Source of the DNA: an uncultured Chloroflexia bacterium
GTDB taxonomy: Bacteria > Chloroflexota > Anaerolineae > Aggregatilineales > Aggregatilineaceae
Reading direction: 5' to 3'
NCBI GenBank assembly: GCA_963826505.1
Contig: CAWGXG010000001.1
Span: 354,406 to 418,405, forward strand
Length of the DNA: 64,000 nucleotides
Both the position numbers and the translations under genes were made by a program. How positions within the stretch are numbered: position 1 is the stretch's first letter; each line of letters starts with the position of its first letter. Positions 50,429-61,132 of the stretch are shown here, in pieces. The notes beneath the pieces are model-generated. The model saw nothing but the letters and a program-made list of their open reading frames with translations. It was not told the origin of the DNA and made no database searches.

Positions 50429-51427
50429 TCACAATTGCACTTCGCCGCGCACCTCATTTGATCGCGTAGCCGCCCACACCAGATCCAAGGCTTTCGCGCC
50501 CTCGCGGATCGGCGTGCGGGTTTCGCCGCCGGTGCGGATCGCGTTCAGCCAGTCCTCTACGACCCTTTGTCTGAAATCGCGCTCTGAGGCGATCACCAAC
50601 GGCGGGCGCTGCGGTTCACCCGTGAAGGTGAACGTGGCGTGGTTGGCATCGGCGAAATCTGCCGTCAGGTGGCGGGTTACCACGCGATAGTCGTTGATCC
50701 ACTTACCGGGGATGGCGTTGTTGGTCGCGTAGACCACGCCCAGCGCCCGGCTTTTGAAGCTGATCACGGTAGCGCTCACATCTTCGACGGTGTAACGCGG
50801 CACGTCCTGATGAAACAAGTTTTCCTGACGGCTGTAGACCTCTACGGCATCGCCTGCGAGGAAGCGCAGCAGGTCGAACATGTGGATGACCTGCTCAAAC
50901 AGTTGGCCGCCGGATTTGGAGCGATCGCGCCACCAATCGGCGTGCAGCGCGTTGCAGAAATAGCGCGCGCTGATCAGCGCGACCGGCCCGGCTTCGCCGG
51001 AAGCGATCATGTCATGCAGCCGTTCTACCGCTTCGCCAAAGCGGAACATGAAGCCCACCTGTGTCTTGATCCCGGCTTTTTCGGCGGCTTCCACCATGCG
51101 CCAGCCGTGATCAGGCGTCAGGGCGATCGGTTTCTCGATCAGGACGTGGATGCCGCGTTCTGCTGCGCGCTCGACCTCGTCAGTGTGCCCATAGGGGGGC
51201 AGGGCGATCACAAGGGCGTCCAGGTCCACCTGATCGAACAGCGCCCGATGATCGGAGAACACCTGCGCCTGACCGCTGGCATACTGCTGTGAAAAGGCGC
51301 GGGCTTTGTCGTCGTGCCGGTCGCAAAACGCGACCAGCTCAAAGGCGTCAGGCAATTGGGCGATAACCTGCGCATGGCGGTGGGCATAGTTCCCGCAGCC
51401 TAGAATCGCAGTGCGAAGACGGCTCAT
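50429..51427 (-). CDS. Gfo/Idh/MocA family oxidoreductase
   Basis: Starts AILGCGNYAHRHA and carries EKPIALT. Confidence 0.85.
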   Translation of the reverse strand: MSRLRTAILGCGNYAHRHAQVIAQLPDAFELVAFCDRHDDKARAFSQQYASGQAQVFSDHRALFDQVDLDALVIALPPYGHTDEVERAAERGIHVLIEKPIALTPDHGWRMVEAAEKAGIKTQVGFMFRFGEAVERLHDMIASGEAGPVALISARYFCNALHADWWRDRSKSGGQLFEQVIHMFDLLRFLAGDAVEVYSRQENLFHQDVPRYTVEDVSATVISFKSRALGVVYATNNAIPGKWINDYRVVTRHLTADFADANHATFTFTGEPQRPPLVIASERDFRQRVVEDWLNAIRTGGETRTPIREGAKALDLVWAATRSNEVRGEVQL

Positions 51428-51459
51428 CAGCGTATCGGCTCCTTGCTAAAGCATAATCG

Positions 51460-52497
51460 CTAGAATTCCATGACCGCCAGCACGACGTCGTTGGGCCGCT
51501 GATCGAGGGTCTCAAACAGATCGGCGGCCTGTGTGAAGGGGGCGCGGTGCGTGATGATCGGGCGCAGATCGAGCACACCCTCGGCTTGCAGACGCACGGC
51601 GCTCTGCCACAGGCGCATTTTGTTCCAGCGGTGTTGCAGCTCGGGCGCTACGCCCGAAATCTGCGAGCACACCAGGTTGATGCGGTTGTGATGAAATTCC
51701 TCGCCGAGCGTGAGATGGCTGGCCTCGCCTTGAAAGAAGCCCAGCGCGACGACGCGCGACGAATACGCCACCGCGCGGATCGCTTCGTTGAGCGCCGCCG
51801 TGGACCCGGAGACTTCGATGCATACATCCGCGCCGCGTCCGCCGGTCAGGTCTTTGATGCGTTCGGCCACGGGCTCGCGTCCGGCGTTCAGCGTGACGCT
51901 GGCCCCTAACGCTCTCGCCATTTCCAGCCGCGAGTCGTGAAGATCCACCGCGATGACGCTGGCGCCGGAGCGCCGCGCCATCAGCGCGACGATCTGGCCG
52001 AGCGCGCCCATCCCGAACACGGCGACCGTGTCACCCAGGCGCAGGGCGGCATCGTGCACGCCGTTGAGCGCGATCGCGCCCAAATGGGAGAAAATCCCAA
52101 AGATCGGATCGGCTCCCGGTGGCATCAGGCGCGGCAGGACATAGTCCAGCGGGGCGACGTGGTGCGTGCGGTGCCCCCAGGTTCCGAACACCTGCGCGCC
52201 AACTGCTACGTCCTGCACGTCGGCTCCCACTTCGACAATTTCGCCGACTTCTTCATAGCCCAGGTTGGTCACCGGGTAATGCAGCGAGCTTTCGGCGTCG
52301 GACAAGAACAGCCGCCGGGTCTCGTCCCATCGTTTAGAGAGATAGGGGTTGGTTCCCCGGTAAAGCGTCAGTTCCGTGCCCGCGCTGATGCCCGAATACA
52401 AAGTGCGGATGCGCACCTCATCCGGTTTGAGGGGCACGTCATCATAGGATTGATAGCCGGGCGTGCGGGGTGCCGTTAACACCAATACTTGGCCCAT
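51460..52497 (-). CDS. zinc-binding medium-chain alcohol/polyol dehydrogenase (MDR family)
   Basis: GHE-like catalytic region and Rossmann motif VFGMGALGQ. AGGAG SD before ATG 52497. Confidence 0.8.
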   Translation of the reverse strand: MGQVLVLTAPRTPGYQSYDDVPLKPDEVRIRTLYSGISAGTELTLYRGTNPYLSKRWDETRRLFLSDAESSLHYPVTNLGYEEVGEIVEVGADVQDVAVGAQVFGTWGHRTHHVAPLDYVLPRLMPPGADPIFGIFSHLGAIALNGVHDAALRLGDTVAVFGMGALGQIVALMARRSGASVIAVDLHDSRLEMARALGASVTLNAGREPVAERIKDLTGGRGADVCIEVSGSTAALNEAIRAVAYSSRVVALGFFQGEASHLTLGEEFHHNRINLVCSQISGVAPELQHRWNKMRLWQSAVRLQAEGVLDLRPIITHRAPFTQAADLFETLDQRPNDVVLAVMEF

Positions 52498-52666
52498 AGT
52501 GCTCCTGTAGGCAGCGCGCGCCTGTGGCTTCAAGCACAGCGCGCTGTACGAACTTCGTGATGCTTCAGACTCAAGGGAAGACAATAGCAGTGGATGGTAA
52601 TTTTCACAACGTTCGGCTTGGGGAGAAACCGTTCAACGGGCGGTCAGGGAATGCGGTCTCAAACGT

Positions 52667-52704
52667 CAGAACGTGCTGGTCCATCCAGCGACCAGCACGT
52701 TCTG
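52667..52704. promoter_or_regulatory. perfect 15-bp inverted repeat (CAGAACGTGCTGGTC-N8-GACCAGCACGTTCTG): transcription-factor site or terminator
   Basis: Seen directly in the sequence. Lies between the monooxygenase stop (52811) and the ADH operon start (52497). Confidence 0.35.
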
Positions 52705-52810
52705 GTAAATTGGGGAGGGGTACGAGCACGGGTCACCACCGGTATTCTGTCTACCACGATTGGAGCAGCGAACAACCGTATGTCCTGACCTGCACGCTTT
52801 CACCCGCCTC

Positions 52811-53982
52811 TCACACGGACACCGCCGCCGAAATATCATAGCCGACTACCGCACTGAGGCTGCGATCGCGCACGCGTTCCGGGGTCATTTTGAGGGCCAC
52901 ATTGCGGGCCAAACAAAGAATCGGGTTATGAAGCTGGCCCGCGGCGCCGATCCTTCGCGACTGCCGCACAATGGATTGTGCCCGAGGCAGACGGATCGCT
53001 TGATAGTGCGCGAAGGCCGCCTCAATGTCCGCCACGGACGCAAGATAATAGGCTAGCGCGTAAGCGTCCTCGATGGCCTGACACGCGCCCTGACCCAAAT
53101 TGGGAGTCATGGCGTGCGCGGCATCGCCCAACATTACCACGCAGCCCTTGTACCACTGCGCGATGGGCTCAACGTCGTAGATATCATTGTGCAGAATGTC
53201 TGAGGCGGGCGTTTCGTCGATGAGCGTGGGATCGGTGTGTGCCAACGTGCAAACAACGTTTGGAGATGGGCTTTGGTGGCTTCTGGCGTCGGCAAGTGCT
53301 GATCTTTGGGCGTGTTTTCAGTCCCAAACCAGTAGACGCGTCCCTGGGAAAGCGGCGCCAACCCAAAACGGGAGCCGCGCCCCCAGCTTTCGCCCCAACC
53401 GTGTGCCACGCGCGCATGGTCGAAGGGCAGAACGGCCCGGTAGGCCGTATACCCGGAGTACACTGGGCGAACCTGTGGACTGATTTGCTTCCGCACTGTG
53501 GAATGGATGCCGTCGGCGGCAATCAACACATCGCCTTGCGCGGTCGTGCCGTTGGCGAAATGCGCGATGATTCCGTCCGGGGTCTCTTCGTAGTGGGTGA
53601 AATCCGATCCCAATTGAATCGGTGTGTGGATCTGAGCGCACAGTAGCTTGTGCAGTTCGGCGCGATGCACGATCGTCGCGTCGATGACCGAATGCTGGTT
53701 CGGATCGTTCATTTTTGCAGCGGTCAGGATAGCGCCGGTCGAGCTTCGAACCGAGCCTTGTCCCTCGTAGGTGCCCAGGTTGAGCAGGGCGTCACGCATT
53801 CCCAGTGCTTTGAACACCGCGATAGCGTTCGCCCACAAGGTAATGCCAGCTCCAACCGCCTGCACCTCGGCTGTACGTTCGTAGATTTCGACTTCGATGG
53901 CACGCTGCTCCAAAGCGATGGCAGCGGTTAGCCCGCCGATCCCGGCCCCGATAACAATTGCTTTCATGATGAGTGTCTCCAA
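52811..53982 (-). pseudogene. FAD-dependent monooxygenase (UbiH/salicylate-hydroxylase type), 1-nt deletion near 53243
   Basis: N-terminus KAIVIGAGIGGLTAAI. The C-terminal frame carries GDAAHAMTPNLGQGACQAIEDA. Span is 3n+2. Confidence 0.75.
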
Positions 53983-54581
53983 AGGCTAACGTCGTCGCCG
54001 CGACTGATAATGGCGCGGCTTAGATGTCGTGTGCTGCCGACCGAGGCAGTCGCCGGTGCACGGCTGGGCGACTCGACGGCAAGCCTTGACCGCAGTGCCG
54101 TGCCGCTACGAGATCCCTGGATGCGGACCCATGCTCTAGACAAGATGCCAGACTCTGGCGGGGCGAATGTGTGCGGAATCACACGCGTGCTTGTTGGGCG
54201 TTTTTGCGTGGCCTGCAGGACGGGGTCGACGAATGAGCGCCGTTCTACGCTGTAATGCTTAACTTTCGCCAACTGGTGAAGCAACATTCTCTTCGCTCGG
54301 AGCAACTCTCTTGAACAAAAACTGTTTTCCACCGGAAAGAATACAGATGGCTGTATTTCATAAAGATCACAATTATCATAATAATAGTATAAATTGTCAA
54401 ATTTCGAAACGATGTGACGATCTCGGCCACGCGGGGAATAGGGGGTCCTCAAACGGCCCGCCAGAGCGGTAAACAACGATGTTCTCAACAGGCAAATACA
54501 GCAGACGCGCGGGTGCCGAAGAACGCATGCACTCGCGCGTCTGGCGCGCTATTCATATATTTGTCTATTGCTTGGCGGTAC

Positions 54582-56560
54582 CTAGCTCAAGAAATCATCC
54601 GCCAGATCGAGCACGGTCCGCAGCGGCAGCGCGCCCAGCACCGGGTTATCCACGATGCGTTGCAGCGTCTCGCGCTGGGCGGCGTCCAGACCGCTTTCGC
54701 GCTCCAGGAGCGTCTCCGCCAGTTCGCCCAGGCCCACATTCTGCTTGACGGCGTCCGCATAGTCCTGCGCGACGAGGCGCAGCAGCGCTTGGATGCTGCC
54801 CCGGCCTTGGTCGCTCTTGCCACCACCGAGCGCGTCCGCAAACTGATCGACCACGCGGCGCGCGCCAGTGGGCAGCGCATCGTACACGCCCTGCGTCGCT
54901 TGCGCCGCCGTGACGAGCTGCAACACGCGGTGCGCGGTGTTGGTGTCGCCGTACAAATTCATCTTCATGCCCTTGATCGCTTCGCCCAGGGCTTCGGCGC
55001 GCGCCACTTCCACCGCTTTCTGTACGTCCGCGTTCAGGCGCGCCAGCTCCAGGTCCTTGCCGACGGCGTCATGCGAGGCCAGAGCTTCGGCGCGGGCTTT
55101 CTCGCCTTCGGCTTCGGCCAGCAGCTTCTGACGGGTCGCTTCGGTCTCCTGCTGCAAGACTTTGACCCGCTCCAACGCGACCTGGACATCCGCCAGACCT
55201 GGCGGCGCTGGCGCGCTCGCGCTCGCCTAACGCGGCCATGCGCGCGCGTATCGAGATCGGCTTCGGCGCGCGTGCGGGCTGCCTCGGACTCCGAGATCGC
55301 GATCTTGCGATCCGATTCGGCTATTTCCTGGCGGCGCAGTGATTCGATCTCGACTTCGCCGCGCGTTTCGATCACACGCCGGTCCACGTCCAGGCGGGCA
55401 TTCAGCAGATCGATCTCGGCTTCGCGCTCAGCAGCGGCTTTCTCGGTGACCAGCAGCGCCTCTTGCAGCGCGCGTTCCCGCTCGCGGTCCGCTTCGATCT
55501 GCGCCAGCGTGGCGTTCAGCTTCTTCACCGTCGCTTCGAGGATGTGCGTTTCGCGTTCCTGTTCGGCCAGCGCCAACGCTTCTTCGCGCAGCACTTTTTC
55601 CAGCTCAATCGCTTTCTGCATCTGCTCGCGCAGCAGCACGAGCATGCGCTCGTTTTCCACGCGCTCTTCTTCCAGCGAGCGATCAGCCAGCAGCTTGGCG
55701 CGTTCGGCTTCTTCGCGGCGTTGTTCCTGCGCGATGCGCGCGGCGGTTTCCTCTTCGGCGCGCACCACGGCGATATTGCGCGTGCGCTGCGCGCGTTCCA
55801 CGTCGATTTCTTCCTGGATGCTCATTTGCTGGCGTTCGGCATCGGCATCGAGCCGGGTACGTTCCAGCGTCCCCAGGCGCTCCAGGCGGGTTTTCTCGGT
55901 GAGCGCTTCTTCGATCACGGCGGCGTTTGCCCGCGCCACCTGCGCGCCGAGGATATCGTCCGTCGAAAACTGGCCTTGCAGCGTGGGGCGCAAGACCAGG
56001 ATGCTGACGCTTTCCAGCACCAGCCCGTTTTCGGCCAGATCGTCGCGCAGACGTGCCTGCACCTGTTGGATGAACTCCATGCGGCGTTCGAGCAGACCGC
56101 GCTGCTCGAAGGTGACGGCCACGTCGCGCACGGCACCGTTAATTTTGGGTTCGACCAACCGGCGCACGCTGGACTCGCTGACCATGTCGCCGCCGATCGT
56201 CCGCGCGGCGATGCTGATATGGTCGGCGTCGTGCGCGACTTTCACAAAAAAGCGTGCTTCAAAATCAACATATTGGGGATCGCGCGTGATGAGGGCGTTT
56301 TCTTCCAGGTGGCGCACTTCGATCGACATCGTTTCGAGCGACACCCACTTGATGCGGTGCAGAAAGCCGAAGACCCACGCCGCGCCGTTCATGACCACCG
56401 TCGGCGTGGAGGCCCGCGCGCCGCGCAGCCCGCCCGTCCGCACAAAGGCTGTCGTCGCTGTCGTCTTCACGTAGGAGCGTGACAGCAGCCGGATGATCAG
56501 CCAGCCCACGCCTGCCACTATCAATACAAGTACGATCAGACTCGCCAAATTCTCAAGCAT
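54582..56560 (-). pseudogene. flotillin / SPFH (band-7) domain protein, two 1-nt insertions in a GCGCGC-rich stretch (~55205 and ~55250)
   Basis: N-terminal TM plus SPFH domain, then a long EA-rich coiled coil. Three frames are needed to read through 55200-55260. GAGGTG SD. Confidence 0.75.
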
Positions 56561-56595
56561 GGTTCACCTCATTAAGTTCAACGCGCGCGCCGGCC

Positions 56596-56910
56596 TCACT
56601 GCCTGCTGCGCAGCGACGATCGCAAATAAGAAATCTCGTCCGCCAGTTCGCGGACCATCGCCCGCAGTTCGCCGACCTCGTCGCCGGGCGCGACTTTCGC
56701 CGGGCGCGACCCGCCGCTGCCCAGCGCGCCTTCGCCGGCGCTCAGAAATTCGTCCACCCACCGATCGATCTCAGCGCGATCGACGTTCAGGCGCAGCGCC
56801 ACGACCGAGGGCGACGTTTCGCCCCGCAAGATACTCAGCACGGTCTCGGCTTTGTCGCCGGGCCGGACGCGCCTCCGTGCGACGCGGCTCGGGCTGCGCC
56901 GCCGGCGCAC
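56596..56910 (-). CDS. small HTH protein (IS3-OrfA-like fold, no transposase partner); start uncertain, overlaps extended tail of hyuB
   Basis: ETVLSILRGETSPSVVALRLNVDRAEIDRWVDEFLSAGEGAL followed by the leucine-zipper-like segment ELRAMVRELADEISYLRS. Confidence 0.3.
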   Translation of the reverse strand: MRRRRSPSRVARRRVRPGDKAETVLSILRGETSPSVVALRLNVDRAEIDRWVDEFLSAGEGALGSGGSRPAKVAPGDEVGELRAMVRELADEISYLRSSLRSRQ

Positions 56911-58645
56911 CGACTGCGCCCCGGGTCCGCACGCTGCGCGCCGCGCCGCCGCGCGCATCCACCACGATGCCATATTCTTTTTCGGCCATGTCCGGCGTCA
57001 CGTAGCCGTTTTGCACGTCGCTCAGCACTTCTTCTTCCGGGCGCAGGTGCGGATCGCCGTAGCCGCCGCCGGTACCCGTCACCAGCCGGGCCACTTCGCC
57101 GCGCTTGAGCGGATATTGCGCCGTCTTGCCGAAAACCTTGTGCGAGCCGTCGGCGTGGATCATCTCCATGTAATTGCGCGAGCCCTGTTGTCCGCCCTTC
57201 AGCCCCCAGGGCAGGTATTTGAAGCGCCCAAAGGTCCCGGTCACCAGCGCTTCCTCGGACGTCATGCGGTAGTCGCGCACCAGCCCGCGCCCACCCCGGA
57301 AACGCCCCGCGCCGCCCTCGGCGATATTGAGCGAAAATTGGTCGACCATGACGCCGTAGCGCGTCTCGCCGACTTCGACCGGGACCACGTAGGTTTCGCC
57401 GTCGCCGATGCAGACCAGCGCGTTCTCGCCGTCGCGGTCGACGCCCGCGCCCCAGCCGCCCGCCTGCGGCTCGACCAGGATGAACAGCTCGCCGGTGTCG
57501 GGGTGGATGCCCGATACGACTGTGCCGCACACGCTGAGGAAATGGCCCATCGTCAGCCGATCCGGCAGCACGGGAGCCAATGCCTGCCACACCAGATCGG
57601 ACGCGAAGATCATCGTCTCCCAATAGGTCGAGACGGGCGCGGGACGGTGCGCGGTGATGATGGTGCGCTCCGGGCAGATGATTTCCAGCGGGCGGAAACA
57701 GCCGTCGTTGGCCGGGATGGCCGGATCGGTCAGCGCCTTGAAGACGACGCGCACGGCGGATTCCAGGCCGGTGCGCCCGGCGTTGATCGGTCCCGGCACC
57801 TGATCGTGCGAGCCGGTGAAATCGCAGATGAATTTCTCCCCGGTGACGGTGACCTTGACGCGCATCTCGAACGGCCCGTTGCCGACCCCGTCATCATCGA
57901 TGTAATCGACCGCCTCGTAGACGCCTTTGGGAATTTTGGCGAGCTGCTGGCGCGTCATCTCCTCGCCGTAATCCATCAGGGCTTCGATGCTGTACAGCAT
58001 GGTATCCAGGCCGTAGCGGTCGCACAGATCGACGAAGCGCCGTTCGGCGATGCGCAGCGAAGCCGCTTGCGCCTGCATATCGCCAATGCTCATATCCGGC
58101 GTGCGCACGTTGACGCGGATCAGGTCGATCAGCGCCTGGTTGACGACACCCTTGTCGAAGAGCTTCATGCACGGGAATTGCAGCCCTTCCTGCCAGACGT
58201 CGGTCGAGTTGGTCGTCCAGCTTCCCGCGGCCATCCCGCCGACCTCGGTCCAGTGGGCTTTGTTGGCGGCAAAGGCGACCAACTGCCCCTGGTAAAAGAT
58301 CGGCATGACCAGCGACACGTCCGACAGGTGCGTGCCGCCGCCCGTATACGGGTCGTTGGTGATGATGATGTCGTTGGGCGCGATGTTCTCGCGACCAAAC
58401 TTATCGAGCACGCTCTTGGCGGCGAAGGTCAGCGTACCCAGAAAACCGGCCACGCCGTTGCCCTGTGTGATCAGGTCGCCGTTGGCGTCGAGCAAGCCGG
58501 ACGCGTAGTCCAGGACCTCGTAAATGATCGTGCTCATGCTGGTGCGCTGCATGGCGATGAACATCTCGTCCCCAATCGCGACCAGCGATTCCTTGATGAT
58601 TTCCAGCGTAAAGGGGTCTACCTGCTCGTGTCCATTGTTTGCCAT
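56771..58645 (-). CDS. hyuB: hydantoinase B/oxoprolinase-family protein (HyuB); ~50-aa low-complexity C-terminal extension relative to paralogue (possible stop loss)
   Basis: Conserved HyuB blocks throughout. AAGGAG SD before ATG 58645. No hyuA partner in the window. Confidence 0.75.
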   Translation of the reverse strand: MANNGHEQVDPFTLEIIKESLVAIGDEMFIAMQRTSMSTIIYEVLDYASGLLDANGDLITQGNGVAGFLGTLTFAAKSVLDKFGRENIAPNDIIITNDPYTGGGTHLSDVSLVMPIFYQGQLVAFAANKAHWTEVGGMAAGSWTTNSTDVWQEGLQFPCMKLFDKGVVNQALIDLIRVNVRTPDMSIGDMQAQAASLRIAERRFVDLCDRYGLDTMLYSIEALMDYGEEMTRQQLAKIPKGVYEAVDYIDDDGVGNGPFEMRVKVTVTGEKFICDFTGSHDQVPGPINAGRTGLESAVRVVFKALTDPAIPANDGCFRPLEIICPERTIITAHRPAPVSTYWETMIFASDLVWQALAPVLPDRLTMGHFLSVCGTVVSGIHPDTGELFILVEPQAGGWGAGVDRDGENALVCIGDGETYVVPVEVGETRYGVMVDQFSLNIAEGGAGRFRGGRGLVRDYRMTSEEALVTGTFGRFKYLPWGLKGGQQGSRNYMEMIHADGSHKVFGKTAQYPLKRGEVARLVTGTGGGYGDPHLRPEEEVLSDVQNGYVTPDMAEKEYGIVVDARGGAARSVRTRGAVGAPAAQPEPRRTEARPARRQSRDRAEYLAGRNVALGRGAAPERRSR

Positions 58646-58663
58646 ATCGTTCTCCTTACCCGG

Positions 58664-60100
58664 TTAGCTGCCAGGGTGCGCCCGTGTGAGCGCCCCGGTG
58701 TGTGCATTCATAACCGCCCCGTAATCGCGCGCGGCCATCTCGGCTGTGATCAGACCGTCGCGCAGATCGCGGCTGATCTCGTCCAGCGGGCGAGAGTGCG
58801 GATCGCCATAGCCGCCGCCCGTGCCGGTGACCATACGCGCCACGTCGCCGCGCGCCAGCCGGTATTGGGCCACTTTGCCAAAGGTGTGCGAAGTTCCGTC
58901 GGCGTGGAGCATCACCATCTGGTTGGGCGATCCGGATTGGCCGCCCGCCATGCCCCACGGCACAAATTTCGAGCGTCCGAACGTCCCGGTGACGTAGGCT
59001 TCGTCCGCCGTGATGCGATAATCGCGCAGCAGGCCGCGCCCGCCCCGGTAGCGTCCCGCGCCGCCATCACAGATGTTCAGCGCGAACTGATCGACTCGCA
59101 CGCCGTAGCGCGTCTCGCAAATTTCGACCGGAATAGTATACGTTTCGCCGTCGCCCATCGACGACCAGCGCGTTCTCACCGTCCCGATCGACGCCTGCGC
59201 CCCAGCCGCCCGCCTGCGGCTCCACCAGGATGAACAGCTCGCCCGTGTCGGGATGGATGCCCGAAATCACCGTGCCGCACACGCTCAGAAAATGGCCCAT
59301 CGTCAGACGGTCGGGCAGCACCGGGGCCAGCGCCCGCCATACCAGATCGGCGGCGAAATCCATCGACTCCCAGTAGATCGACGTCGGCGCGGGACGCGCC
59401 GCCGTGACCAGCGTGCCGTCCGGACAGATCACCTCCAGCGGGCGGAAACAGCCCTCGTTGGCCGGGATGGCCGGGTCGGTCAGCGCTTTGAAAATGACGC
59501 GCACCGCCGCTTCCAGCCCGGAACGCCCGGAGTTGATCGGGCCAGGGACCTGGGGGTGCGAGCCGGTGAAATCGCAGCGAAAGCGGTCCTCCGTGACGGT
59601 CACCTCGCACGCACATCTCGAACGGCCCGTTGCCCAGCCCATCATCGTCCACGTAATCCACCGCCTCGATACACGCCGTTCGGGATGCGAGCCAACTGCT
59701 GGCGGGTCATCTTCTCGCCATAGTCCATCAGGGCGCCGATGCCGTCCAACACGCCGTCCACCCCGTAGCGCTCGCACAACTCGACGAAACGCCGCTCGGC
59801 CATGCGCAGCGACGCCGCCTGCGCCATCATGTCGCCGATGCTCATGTCCGGCGTGCGCACGTTGGCGCGGATCAGGTCGACCAGCTTCGGATCCAGCTCC
59901 CCACGCTCGTAGAGCTTGATGCACGGGAATTGCATGCCCTTCCTGCCACACGTCGCGCGAGTTCGTCGTCCAACTGCCCGCCGATCCGCCGCCGACCTCG
60001 GTCCAATGCGCCTTGTTGGCGGCAAACGCGACCAGCTGGTCCGCGTAAAAGAACGGCTTGACCAGCGTCACGTCCGACAGGTGCGTCCCGCCGCCGGAGC
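58664..60100 (-). pseudogene. decayed tandem duplicate of hyuB (N-terminally truncated, several frameshifts)
   Basis: About 85% aa identity to the adjacent copy across three ORF fragments (58664..59179, 59067..60140, 59642..60025). Homology stops abruptly near 60100. Confidence 0.7.
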
Positions 60101-60285
60101 ATCGGCATCGTTTTCGACAGTGAATTTGGCGGCGACGCACGCTTTCGCACGATCGAGGTGAGTGACGCAGACCTGACTGTTGGCGAATATGTCGTCTGCC
60201 TACAAGAACGGCGGCGCCTGGCTTTGGTGCGGGCGTTTCTAGATATCGCGCGCGAGTCTTCGCTCAAGCAGCGATAGTCTGAGCT

Positions 60286-61131
60286 CTATTGCAAACGGAT
60301 CAATACAAGGCCGAAGACGACTACCGCGGCCGCGATAATGCGCGGAGCATGCGGCGGCTCCTTGAGAAATGCGATCGCGATGACTGCGCCGAACAACACG
60401 CTGGTCTCTCGCAACGCCGCGACGATCGCGATCGGCGCAACCGTCATCGCCCAGATGACAATCCAGTACGCGCCGAAAGAGAGCGCGCCACCGAGCAAGC
60501 AGACCCGCCATTGGCGGCCGGCGACCGTGACGAAGGCCCTGCCCCGCCGTGCCAAGGCGAACAGAATCATGCAGCCGGCATCGACAACGGATAGGTCGGC
60601 AACATAGGCATGCGGGTTGTGGGAAACCCGCGCGCCAATGCCATCGACCAGAGAATAGCCGCAGATCGTTGCCGCCGTGAAAAAGGCAAAGCCCAATGCG
60701 CGCCGGTCAATGCGGACGAGGTCGCGGCCGCCGCGCGCCGAGAGCAGGAACACTCCGCCGGCCAGCGTCACCACGCCGATCCAGCTCAATACATTTAGAT
60801 GTTCGCCAACCACCGTGGTCGAGATCACCGCCGTCATCAGCGGGGCCGACCCGCGCGCGATCGGATAGACCTGGCCCATGTCGCCGGTCCGGTAGGCTTC
60901 GCTCAGGCCGATATAATAAGCCTGATGCAGCGCCACCGAACCGAGCACCCAGGGCCACGACGAAAGCGGCAGGACGCCGACAAAGGGCAACAGCGGCAGC
61001 GCGACCACGCCACAGCCGATCACGATAATCGCGGTTGTCGCAAACGGATCGAGCCGTCGTTTAATCAGCGCATTCCAGGTGGCATGGCAGGCGGCTGCGA
61101 AAAGGACGGCCGCAAAGACAAAAGGGTCCAT
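60286..61131 (-). CDS. EamA/DMT-family transporter
   Basis: Ten-TM protein with two EamA repeats. 281 aa. Confidence 0.8.
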   Translation of the reverse strand: MDPFVFAAVLFAAACHATWNALIKRRLDPFATTAIIVIGCGVVALPLLPFVGVLPLSSWPWVLGSVALHQAYYIGLSEAYRTGDMGQVYPIARGSAPLMTAVISTTVVGEHLNVLSWIGVVTLAGGVFLLSARGGRDLVRIDRRALGFAFFTAATICGYSLVDGIGARVSHNPHAYVADLSVVDAGCMILFALARRGRAFVTVAGRQWRVCLLGGALSFGAYWIVIWAMTVAPIAIVAALRETSVLFGAVIAIAFLKEPPHAPRIIAAAVVVFGLVLIRLQ

Positions 61132-61132
61132 T

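Noticed and set aside
53184-53522. 112-aa minus-strand ORF
   Set aside because: Alternative frame inside the FAD monooxygenase gene. The monooxygenase frames carry the FAD and GDAAHAM motifs.
54414-56474. 686-aa plus-strand ORF (Ser/Arg/Ala-rich)
   Set aside because: Entirely antisense to the well-supported flotillin gene. Its low-complexity composition is typical of out-of-frame translation of GC-rich coding DNA.
56596-56973. IS3-family insertion sequence
   Set aside because: Only an OrfA-like HTH is present. There is no DDE transposase ORF, no terminal inverted repeats and no target duplication, so it is not called a mobile element.
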